A stretch of 32,000 bases of DNA, taken from NCBI RefSeq assembly GCF_900105015.1, contig NZ_FNLK01000008.1:132281-164280 (forward strand), in the 5' to 3' direction. Made by a program: the position numbers and the translations under genes. This document shows, piece by piece, positions 8,021 to 15,358 of this stretch. The notes under the pieces are model-generated. The model searched no databases. It was not told the origin of the DNA and was given only the letters and a program-made list of their open reading frames with translations. Within the stretch, counting starts at the first letter, position 1. Each line of letters starts with the position of its first letter. This stretch comes from Schaalia meyeri. GTDB lineage: Bacteria > Actinomycetota > Actinomycetes > Actinomycetales > Actinomycetaceae.

Positions 8021-9574
8021 ATGGCCCCCGCCGATCTTCCCAGCAGTGACACCGAGGAAAAAACCACCATCCTCTCCCGCATCCGCTTTCGTCCAACGCG
8101 CCGCCAGTGGCGAATCCTCGCCGTCATCGCCCTCATCGCCTCCGTGTTCGGGACGGGCGTGGCGTGGGCCGTTTCCTCACCGATTGGCGCCTCACCGGAC
8201 GACGACTATCACCTGGGGTCCATATGGTGCACTCCCCCGCTGTCCAAATCGGGATGCGCGACGGGATACACGGACAAGAACACGTACGGCCCTATCGTTC
8301 CCGAAACGATCGCATCAAACCACGTTGCGTGCTACGCGTTTCACGGGCAGGATTCCGCCGCCTGCGTCAATAAGCTCTCCGACGAACGCTCGGTCGTGAC
8401 CGACCGCTGGGATGACGGAAACTACCCGTGGGGTTACTACCAGTTCCACCACCACTTCATCTCTCATAACACGCACCGCGCAGCCCTGGTCATGCGCGTC
8501 ATCAATCTGAGCATCGCCCTGATCCTGCTCGGGAGCATCGGCGCACTCATGCCGCCTTTCCTGCGTCGCGGCTACGTTCTGGCGATGCTGGCCGCCTGGA
8601 CTCCCATGGGGATCTACTTCATCGCCTCGAACAATCCCTCGTCGTGGGCGTTCAGCGGCGTCCTTGCCTTCGCCGCGGGATTGTGGTCCGCCACCCACAC
8701 CGACGGCTGGCGCCGGTGGGCTCTGATGGGCACGGCCGCGGTGGGCGCGCTCCTGGCGTGCACGTCACGCGCAGATTCGGCGTTCTTCCTTTTCGTCGTC
8801 TCCATGGCCCTGGTTTTCGCGGTTCGCTGGCGACGCAACCGTTGGCCCGAGGGGGTGCTCGCGGCTGTTTCGTCCGTCGTCGGCATTCTCGTCATGAATT
8901 CCACGAGCATGGCTTCCAACAACCTGACGTCGACGAATGCCGCCAAGATGTCCTTCATTCAGGCGCTCGCGGCAAATCTGCATTCCCTCCCCCAGTTCTT
9001 TTCCGGCTTCTACGGGTATCGCTGGGGACCGGGATGGATGGACGTGTCCTACGACGGCTCCGTGTCGACGGTTGGCCTCCTTGTCAGCGGCGCCGTGATT
9101 ATCGCCAGCGCGCGATGCTGGTCATGGCGCAAGGCGATGACCGCGCTGATGGTGGTGGGGGCGATGGCGGGGGTCCCCACGGCCCTGGGCATTCTCCAGA
9201 GGTTCAACAACGTAATTGACTACCAGCCCCGCTACATGATGCCGCTGCTGGCTGTGTTCTTCTTCTTTATGCTCACGATGGATCGACGCGATCGCACTCT
9301 CACGCGCCCGCAGGCATCCACGCTCGGGGTTCTGCTGGGCGGGATGCACTTCTACGCCCTGTTTGTGCTGCTGCTGCGCTACACGCACGGTTCCGCGGCG
9401 ACTAACACTCTCAACCTGAGCAAGACGGCGGCGTGGTGGTGGAAAAACGCGCCGATCGGCCCGAACATGGTGTGTTTAATCGGCTCCGTTTCCTTTATCG
9501 CAGCCCTGGCTCTCTCTCTGCTTTTAACGCGCGAGGAGCCGCTGGGGCGGGGAAGCGCCGCGGCTGAGGCTTGA
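8021..9574 (+). CDS. Large polytopic membrane protein, DUF2142-like / GT-C-like putative extracytoplasmic glycosyltransferase
   Basis: 517 aa with more than 10 hydrophobic spans. An acidic motif directly follows TM1 (SSPIGASPDDDYHLGSIWC), as in DUF2142 and GT-C families. GAGGAAAG sits upstream of the ATG. Confidence 0.6.
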   Translation: MAPADLPSSDTEEKTTILSRIRFRPTRRQWRILAVIALIASVFGTGVAWAVSSPIGASPDDDYHLGSIWCTPPLSKSGCATGYTDKNTYGPIVPETIASNHVACYAFHGQDSAACVNKLSDERSVVTDRWDDGNYPWGYYQFHHHFISHNTHRAALVMRVINLSIALILLGSIGALMPPFLRRGYVLAMLAAWTPMGIYFIASNNPSSWAFSGVLAFAAGLWSATHTDGWRRWALMGTAAVGALLACTSRADSAFFLFVVSMALVFAVRWRRNRWPEGVLAAVSSVVGILVMNSTSMASNNLTSTNAAKMSFIQALAANLHSLPQFFSGFYGYRWGPGWMDVSYDGSVSTVGLLVSGAVIIASARCWSWRKAMTALMVVGAMAGVPTALGILQRFNNVIDYQPRYMMPLLAVFFFFMLTMDRRDRTLTRPQASTLGVLLGGMHFYALFVLLLRYTHGSAATNTLNLSKTAAWWWKNAPIGPNMVCLIGSVSFIAALALSLLLTREEPLGRGSAAAEA

Positions 9575-9624
9575 CTGCTCGGGGCCGAGGAGACGCGGAT
9601 TCTGCGAGACAGCAACACCCTGCG

Positions 9625-9653
9625 TTCACAAAATGAACAAAAGGTGCTAAGCT
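9625..9653 (+). promoter_or_regulatory. Candidate sigma-70-type promoter for the lic genes (-35 TTCACA, 17-nt spacer, -10 TAAGCT)
   Basis: Located in the 125-bp, visibly lower-GC spacer between the DUF2142 gene and the LicC-LicA fusion gene. It is followed by the SD AAGGGGGAGAG and ATG 9700. Confidence 0.4.
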
Positions 9654-9699
9654 CGAACACGCAGTAATCAAACCGTCGAATGAACGAAAGGGGGAGAGC

Positions 9700-11535
9700 A
9701 TGCCTCCCTCCACCACAGGCCCCCTCACCGAGCCCCAGTTCAACATCCTCTCCGCTCTGCTCGAGAGGGAGCGCCCGCTGACCCAGCGCACCCTGTCAGA
9801 GGTCACCGGCATGAGCCTGGGTCGCGTCAACACCGCGACCCGCGAATGCGAAGCCCTGGGATACATCAACGATCGCGCGATCACGCGGTCCGGCCGCGAG
9901 GCCCTGGACCCCTACCGCGTCACGGGCGCCGTCATCATGGCCGCCGGCACGTCCTCCCGCTTCGCCCCCATCAGCTACGAACGCCCCAAGGGCACGCTCA
10001 AGGTGCGCGGAGAAATACTGGTCGAACGCCAGATCCGTCAGCTCCACGAAGCCGGTATCACCAACATCACGATGGTGGTCGGCTACAAAAAGGAGTACTT
10101 CTTCTACCTCGCGGATAAGTACGGGGTCACCATCGTCGTCAACCGCGAATACGCCACCCGCAACAACAATGGCTCCCTGTGGCTCGTGAAGGATCTCCTG
10201 GACAACACCTACGTGTGCTCCTCCGATGACTACTTCACGACCAATCCCTTTGAGCCCTACGTGTACAAGGCCTACTACTCGGCGAACTTCGTCAAGGGGC
10301 CCACGCCCGAGTGGTGCATCAAGGTGGGCCCTGCCGACAGGATTACGGGCGCGACCGTGGGCGGCGCTGACGCGTGGGTCATGCTCGGTCACGTCTACTT
10401 TGACCGCGCCTTCTCCGAGCAATTCCGTGCCGTCTTGGAGCGCGTGTACTCGCTCCCGGAGACCGCGTCGAAGCTGTGGGAGGCCATCTACCTGGACCAC
10501 ATCAAGGCATTCGACATGGTGATCCGCCGATACCCGGAAGGCGTCATCCACGAGTTTGATTCGGTCGATGAGCTGCGCAGCTTCGATCCCCTGTTCATGG
10601 AGAACGTCGACTCGGAGGTCTTCGATCACATCGCCGCTACGCTTCACTGCGCGAAGTCGGACATCCGCGACTTCTATCCGCTTAAGCAGGGCATCACGAA
10701 CCTGTCGTGCCACTTCGCTGTGGGCGACGCCGAGTACGTGTATCGCCATCCCGGCATCGGCACCGAAAAGATCGTGAACCGCGGCGCCGAATTCGCGGCC
10801 CTGCGGCTGGCAGCAAAGCTGGGCATTGACGACACCTTCGTCGCGGGCGACCCGGGATCCGGCTGGAAGATCTCACACTTTGTGTGCGGCGTTCGCAACC
10901 TGGACGTCACCAGGGACGAGGAACTTCGCTCTGCCATGGAAATGGACCGCGCGCTGCACTCCTCGGGGCAGGTCCTTGATCGCTGCTTCGATTTCATCGC
11001 GGAGGCCGACCGCTACGAGGGGCTGCTCAAGCAGTTCGGACCGATTGACGTGCCCGGCTTTGAGGAGCTTCGCGATAAGGTGGCGCGCCTGAAGGCATTC
11101 GCCGACGCCGACGGCTTTGAGGTGGTGCCCTCCCACAACGATTTCTTCCCGCCCAACTTCCTGGTGGCGCCCGACGGCGCGATCAGTCTGATCGACTGGG
11201 AGTACGCGGGCATGTCGGACGTGGCAGCAGACTTCGGCACGATGGTCGTGTGTACGCCCGAGATGACCCGCGAGCGCGCACGGGCCGCCCTGGAGTTTTA
11301 CCTGGGCCGCGTACCGACCCAGCACGAGGAGCGCCACTTCTTCGCCTACGAGGTCTTTGCGGGGTGGTGCTGGTACGTGTGGGCGCTGGTCAAAGAGGCC
11401 GAGGGGGACGACGTGGGCGAGTGGCTCTACACCTACTACTCGCACGCGACGCGCACGCTTGATGCCCTGCTCGCCTCGTACGAGGCCTCCTCCAGCCCTC
11501 GCGACACCGCTCCTCGAGGGGGTGAATCGGCATGA
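9700..11535 (+). CDS. Tri-domain protein: N-terminal winged-helix (MarR-like) domain, LicC-like CTP:phosphocholine cytidylyltransferase, LicA-like choline kinase
   Basis: The wHTH-like region is LTEPQFNILSALLERERPLTQRTLSEVTGMSLGRVNTATRECEALGYI. The nucleotidyltransferase region is GAVIMAAGTSSRFAPISYERPKGTLKVRGE...VVGYKKEYF...NREYATRNNNGS. The kinase region is GITNLS, Brenner motif SHNDFFPPNFLV and choline-kinase motif IDWEYAGMSD. Confidence 0.85.
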   Translation: MPPSTTGPLTEPQFNILSALLERERPLTQRTLSEVTGMSLGRVNTATRECEALGYINDRAITRSGREALDPYRVTGAVIMAAGTSSRFAPISYERPKGTLKVRGEILVERQIRQLHEAGITNITMVVGYKKEYFFYLADKYGVTIVVNREYATRNNNGSLWLVKDLLDNTYVCSSDDYFTTNPFEPYVYKAYYSANFVKGPTPEWCIKVGPADRITGATVGGADAWVMLGHVYFDRAFSEQFRAVLERVYSLPETASKLWEAIYLDHIKAFDMVIRRYPEGVIHEFDSVDELRSFDPLFMENVDSEVFDHIAATLHCAKSDIRDFYPLKQGITNLSCHFAVGDAEYVYRHPGIGTEKIVNRGAEFAALRLAAKLGIDDTFVAGDPGSGWKISHFVCGVRNLDVTRDEELRSAMEMDRALHSSGQVLDRCFDFIAEADRYEGLLKQFGPIDVPGFEELRDKVARLKAFADADGFEVVPSHNDFFPPNFLVAPDGAISLIDWEYAGMSDVAADFGTMVVCTPEMTRERARAALEFYLGRVPTQHEERHFFAYEVFAGWCWYVWALVKEAEGDDVGEWLYTYYSHATRTLDALLASYEASSSPRDTAPRGGESA

Positions 11536-12506
11536 TTACACGCCACGGAGGTAAGCGCTTTGGCATCTTTTCGGGCGCCCTGTGGGGCCTGGATACGGTG
11601 GTTCTGGCGATCGCTCTGGCGATGACGCCCTTTGCCTCGTTCGGGCAGTCGGCGCTGGCCGGGGCGGTCCTGCACGACGTCGCGTGCGCCCTGATCCTGC
11701 TGGCGTACATGGCGATTCGCGGGCGCCTGACGGACACGGTTCGGGCGCTGCGCACCCGGCCGGGGCGCGCGGTGATTGCGGCGGCCCTGCTGGGAGGCCC
11801 ATTCGGCATGAGCGGGTACCTGATTGCGATCGATAACATCGGACCGGGTCCAACCGCCATCATTTCGACGTTCTATCCTGCCCTGGGGACCCTGTTGGCC
11901 TTCGTCCTCCTCAAGGAACGCATGGCGCCGCGCCAGATCATGGCTCTGCTGGTGGCCCTGGCTGCGATCGTGGCGACCGGTTGGTCGGCGACCTCGGAGT
12001 CGGTCGAGGGCGGTAACGCCATCCTGGGTGTCGCGGGCGCATTGGCGTGCGTCATCGGGTGGGGGTCCGAGGCCGTCATCCTCACGTGGGGCATGCGCGA
12101 CGAGGCCGTGGATAACGAGGTGGCCCTGCAGATCCGCGAATCGACTTCTGCTCTGGTCTATCTCTTTGTCGTCGCGCCCATCACCGGTGTTTTCGGCTTC
12201 ACGCTGCACGCCCTGGGTCACCTGTCAGCGGGCGTGGCGCTGCTCGCCGGCCTGGCGGGGACGGCCTCGTACCTGTTCTATTACAAGGCCCTGTCGTTGA
12301 TCGGCGCGTCGCGCGGCATGACGCTGAATATCTCGTATTCGGCGTGGGCGGTCATCTTCGCTCTCGCGCTGCAGGGAACGGTGCCCACCGCGTTCCAGGT
12401 CCTGTGCTGCGTCGTCATCCTGGTGGGGACGATCCTGGCGGCGACCTCCTCGTGGGGTGAGCTGCTTCCCAAGCGCACGGCTACCGTCAGCGATGACCAG
12501 CCGTGA
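11532..12506 (+). CDS. DMT/EamA-family permease, LicB-like putative choline importer
   Basis: 324 aa with about 10 TM spans in two EamA-like halves. An ATGA overlap joins it to the LicC-LicA gene, and licD genes follow immediately. Confidence 0.75.
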   Translation: MITRHGGKRFGIFSGALWGLDTVVLAIALAMTPFASFGQSALAGAVLHDVACALILLAYMAIRGRLTDTVRALRTRPGRAVIAAALLGGPFGMSGYLIAIDNIGPGPTAIISTFYPALGTLLAFVLLKERMAPRQIMALLVALAAIVATGWSATSESVEGGNAILGVAGALACVIGWGSEAVILTWGMRDEAVDNEVALQIRESTSALVYLFVVAPITGVFGFTLHALGHLSAGVALLAGLAGTASYLFYYKALSLIGASRGMTLNISYSAWAVIFALALQGTVPTAFQVLCCVVILVGTILAATSSWGELLPKRTATVSDDQP

Positions 12507-12541
12507 GACAATGGCTGGTGGGCGCGCGTGCGCCCACCAGC
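12473..12541 (+). repeat. Copy A of a duplicated junction (last 11 codons of the licB-like gene, stop, GC hairpin)
   Basis: By hand alignment to 13487-13551, 60 of 65 aligned positions are identical, with one 4-nt indel. The offset is 1014 nt. Confidence 0.9.
12515..12540 (+). other. GC-rich hairpin: 11-bp perfect stem CTGGTGGGCGC / GCGCCCACCAG with loop GCGT
   Basis: Read directly from the sequence. It lies 9 nt after the licB-like stop and 11 nt before the GGAGGA of licD1. No T-tract follows, so its role (terminator, attenuator or RNA-processing/stability element) is open. Confidence 0.6.
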
Positions 12542-12560
12542 CACCCCACCCGGAGGACTT

Positions 12561-13520
12561 ATGACAACACCCCGCAGTGACCTGCGTAAGCTCCACATGC
12601 TGCTGACCTTCATCCTGGCCGAGTTTGATCGGGTGTGCTCACAGATCGGCGTCACCTATGCGCTCTACGGCGGCAGCACGATCGGGGCGGTCCGCCACGG
12701 CGGTTTCATCCCGTGGGACGACGACATCGACGTCTTCATGATTCGTCAGGACTACGAACGCTTCCTGCGTGAGGCCCCCGATCTCCTGGCCCAGGGGTTC
12801 CGCATCGACAATCAGCGGACGGTGCCCCGCTACCATCTATTGTTTTCCAAGCTCGGCCTGGACGGGACCGTGTTTCTCTCTCAGGGGGAGGTTAACCCCG
12901 ACTACACCCCTCCGATTTTCCTGGATATTTTCCCGCTGGACGCTGTTCCCAGCGATCAGCGTCGCTTCCGTGCGATGCGCCGCCGGACCTGGTGGTGGGG
13001 GCGCCTGCTGTTCCTGTCGGGCATTCCGACGCCGAAACTGCCGGACATGGCGCCGTGGAAGCGATCCCTGGTGCACGCGGTCACGCGAACGGCGAACGTG
13101 GCGTTGCGGGCCTGCCGCCTGTCCCCCGTCGCGCTGTATGAACGCTGGGAGAAGGCGGCCCGGTCGGCCGAAGACGAAGCGACGGACACCTACACGGACT
13201 TCACGATGCGCGACCCGCAGAACTGGATCGTTCGCCGCGACGAGTTGCTGCCGACGCGCCGCGTTCCTTTTGAGGCTATCGAGGCCCCGGTCCCCCGCGA
13301 CGTGGAGGCGTTGCTGACGCGAGGCTACGGCGACTACATGCGGATTCCTGACCCTGCCGACCGCCTCACCCACCTGCCAGAAAAGATCCTCTTTGGCAGC
13401 TACGATCCCGACCGGGGAGGCGTCCCGGACCTCCTGGCACCCCGCGACCCGGCGGATTCGTCCCCCGGGGACGCGAACACGACCACGCACACGGCTACCG
13501 TCAGCGACGACCAGCCGTGA
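12561..13520 (+). CDS. licD: LicD-family phosphotransferase, paralog 1 (phosphocholine or other phospho-alcohol transferase)
   Basis: YALYGGSTIGAVRHGGFIPWDDDIDVFMIRQDYERF and the C-terminal RGYGDYMRIP. GGAGGA at 12552-12557 precedes ATG 12561. It carries an extra disordered tail of about 35 aa ending in TATVSDDQP. Confidence 0.9.
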   Translation: MTTPRSDLRKLHMLLTFILAEFDRVCSQIGVTYALYGGSTIGAVRHGGFIPWDDDIDVFMIRQDYERFLREAPDLLAQGFRIDNQRTVPRYHLLFSKLGLDGTVFLSQGEVNPDYTPPIFLDIFPLDAVPSDQRRFRAMRRRTWWWGRLLFLSGIPTPKLPDMAPWKRSLVHAVTRTANVALRACRLSPVALYERWEKAARSAEDEATDTYTDFTMRDPQNWIVRRDELLPTRRVPFEAIEAPVPRDVEALLTRGYGDYMRIPDPADRLTHLPEKILFGSYDPDRGGVPDLLAPRDPADSSPGDANTTTHTATVSDDQP

Positions 13521-13551
13521 GACAATGACGGGTGGGCGCGCACCCACCAGC
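13487..13551 (+). repeat. Copy B of the duplicated junction (last 11 codons of licD1, stop, decayed hairpin)
   Basis: See copy A. The stem is reduced here to GGTGGG/CCCACC by a 4-nt deletion and one substitution. The same GGAGGACTTATG follows at 13565-13576. Confidence 0.9.
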
Positions 13552-13573
13552 TATCATCCACAGTGGAGGACTT

Positions 13574-14431
13574 ATGGCGACACCCCAGAGCGACCTGGCC
13601 AAAGTGCAGAAGCTTCTGACGTTGATCCTGGCCGAACTCGATCGTGTCTGTCAGCTCATCGGGGTTTCCTACGCGATCTACGGAGGCACCGCTATCGGCG
13701 CGATTCGCCACGGCGGTTTCATCCCGTGGGACGACGACATCGACGTGATGATGACGCGCACCGACTACGAGCGCTTTCTCGTTCAGGCGCCCCAGCACAT
13801 GGATGAGCGCTTCCGCTTGGACAACACCCGCACGCGCGACGACTTTCCGTTCATGTTCACGAAGATGGTGATACCCGGGACCCTGCTCGTCCCAGAAGCG
13901 GCCCGTGATTCGACGTATCGGATGCCGTTTTTCCTCGACATTCTCCCCCTGGATGAAATTCCCTCCGACGAGGAGGCTTTCCGTGCGATGTCTCGCGCGT
14001 CCTGGTGGTGGGGGCGCCTGCTGTTCCTGCAGGGAACTGCTCGCCCCTACCTCATCAATCCGCCCGCATGGAAAAAAGCCCTGATTTATTCGGCGACGAC
14101 TGTGGCGCATCTGGGGCTCAAGGCGCTTCGCGCAACCCCGCGCAGCCTGCAGGCCCGCTGGGAACGTGCCGTTCGTCGTTACGAGGGGGCGGGGACGGGA
14201 GTGTACGCCGACTTTACGATGCGTGACCCGCAGCATTGGATCGTGCGTGAGGAGGAGTTTTTCCCCACCCGCCGGGTTCCCTTCGAGGATATTACCGTGA
14301 TGATCCAGCATAGCTACGACGCCCTGCTACGCCGGGGGTACGGTGACTACATGCAGTTGCCACCGCCGGACAAGCGCTACAACCACGCCCCCGCCGTCGT
14401 TGATTTCGGCCCGTACGAGTCCATCCTGTAA
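13574..14431 (+). CDS. licD: LicD-family phosphotransferase, paralog 2
   Basis: YAIYGGTAIGAIRHGGFIPWDDDIDVMMTRTDYERF and RGYGDYMQLP. GGAGGA at 13565-13570 precedes ATG 13574. Confidence 0.9.
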   Translation: MATPQSDLAKVQKLLTLILAELDRVCQLIGVSYAIYGGTAIGAIRHGGFIPWDDDIDVMMTRTDYERFLVQAPQHMDERFRLDNTRTRDDFPFMFTKMVIPGTLLVPEAARDSTYRMPFFLDILPLDEIPSDEEAFRAMSRASWWWGRLLFLQGTARPYLINPPAWKKALIYSATTVAHLGLKALRATPRSLQARWERAVRRYEGAGTGVYADFTMRDPQHWIVREEEFFPTRRVPFEDITVMIQHSYDALLRRGYGDYMQLPPPDKRYNHAPAVVDFGPYESIL

Positions 14432-14458
14432 TCCGCCCCCCCTGTTGATCGGACACAC

Positions 14459-15358
14459 ATGAGCGCAGCAGATCCCGCAACCCTGGCAGCCATTCAGCGC
14501 ATCACCAAGCGGTGCCTGGCTGAAATCGACCGCGTCTGCACTCTCCTGGACATTCGCTACGTCGCCTACGGAGGGACCGCGATCGGAGCGGTCCGGCACG
14601 GGGGGTTCATCCCGTGGGACGACGACGGGGACGTGTGCATGCCGCGCGCGGACTATGAGCGCTTCATTGCCGAGGCCCCCGCCGTTCTCGGCGAGGAATT
14701 TTTCGTTGCTTCCCCGTCATCTCACTCCGACTATCCAATTAGCTTCGGTGTGCTCGGCCTCAAGGGGTCGGAGTTCATATCAAAGGTCGCCAAGGATAGG
14801 CCGTTCCGCATGCCCATCGGCGTGGATCTGTTCGTGCTCGATGAGATCGCCGACTCCCCTGCCCGCTTCCGTTCGCAGATGCGGGGAACATGGCTGTGGG
14901 CGAGGCTCATGTTTCTTCGCTCGATTCCGTGCCCCCCAACGGGACTGCCCACGCCGGCTCGACAGCTCGCGGCGGTTGCGATGGCCAGCGCCCACTGGGG
15001 CATGCGGTTGCTGCGCGTGACCGAGGCATCCCTGTACCGCCGGTGGCTGAAGGCGGCCCTCAAGGGGCGGGCAGAACCCCAGAAGGCGGCCGATGGGACG
15101 ACCCTCTTCGGCGACTTTTCGACGCGCGATCCGCGCCGCTGGAGCGCCTCGGAAGCGGAGCTTTTCCCCGCGCGCACCGTTCCCTTTGAGGACATGACGA
15201 TCCGCATTCCCGCCGCGTACGACGTCATCTTGACTCGGGGATACGGCGACTACATGCGCATCCCCGACCCGCAGGAGCGCGTCACCCACGAGCCTTTCCG
15301 CATCGTGTTTGGTCCTCACGATCCGGGTCCCGCAGCTCCGGGGGGTGAGGGCGTGTGA
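14459..15358 (+). CDS. licD: LicD-family phosphotransferase, paralog 3
   Basis: YVAYGGTAIGAVRHGGFIPWDDDGDVCMPRADYERF and RGYGDYMRIP. The acidic motif is DDDGD, where the other three copies have DDDID. Confidence 0.9.
   Translation: MSAADPATLAAIQRITKRCLAEIDRVCTLLDIRYVAYGGTAIGAVRHGGFIPWDDDGDVCMPRADYERFIAEAPAVLGEEFFVASPSSHSDYPISFGVLGLKGSEFISKVAKDRPFRMPIGVDLFVLDEIADSPARFRSQMRGTWLWARLMFLRSIPCPPTGLPTPARQLAAVAMASAHWGMRLLRVTEASLYRRWLKAALKGRAEPQKAADGTTLFGDFSTRDPRRWSASEAELFPARTVPFEDMTIRIPAAYDVILTRGYGDYMRIPDPQERVTHEPFRIVFGPHDPGPAAPGGEGV

Noticed and set aside
12515-12540. Calling the 11-bp GC hairpin after licB a canonical intrinsic terminator.
   Set aside because: No U-tract follows, and licD1 begins 21 nt later with a strong SD in what looks like one operon. 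I therefore report it as a structured element of unknown role.
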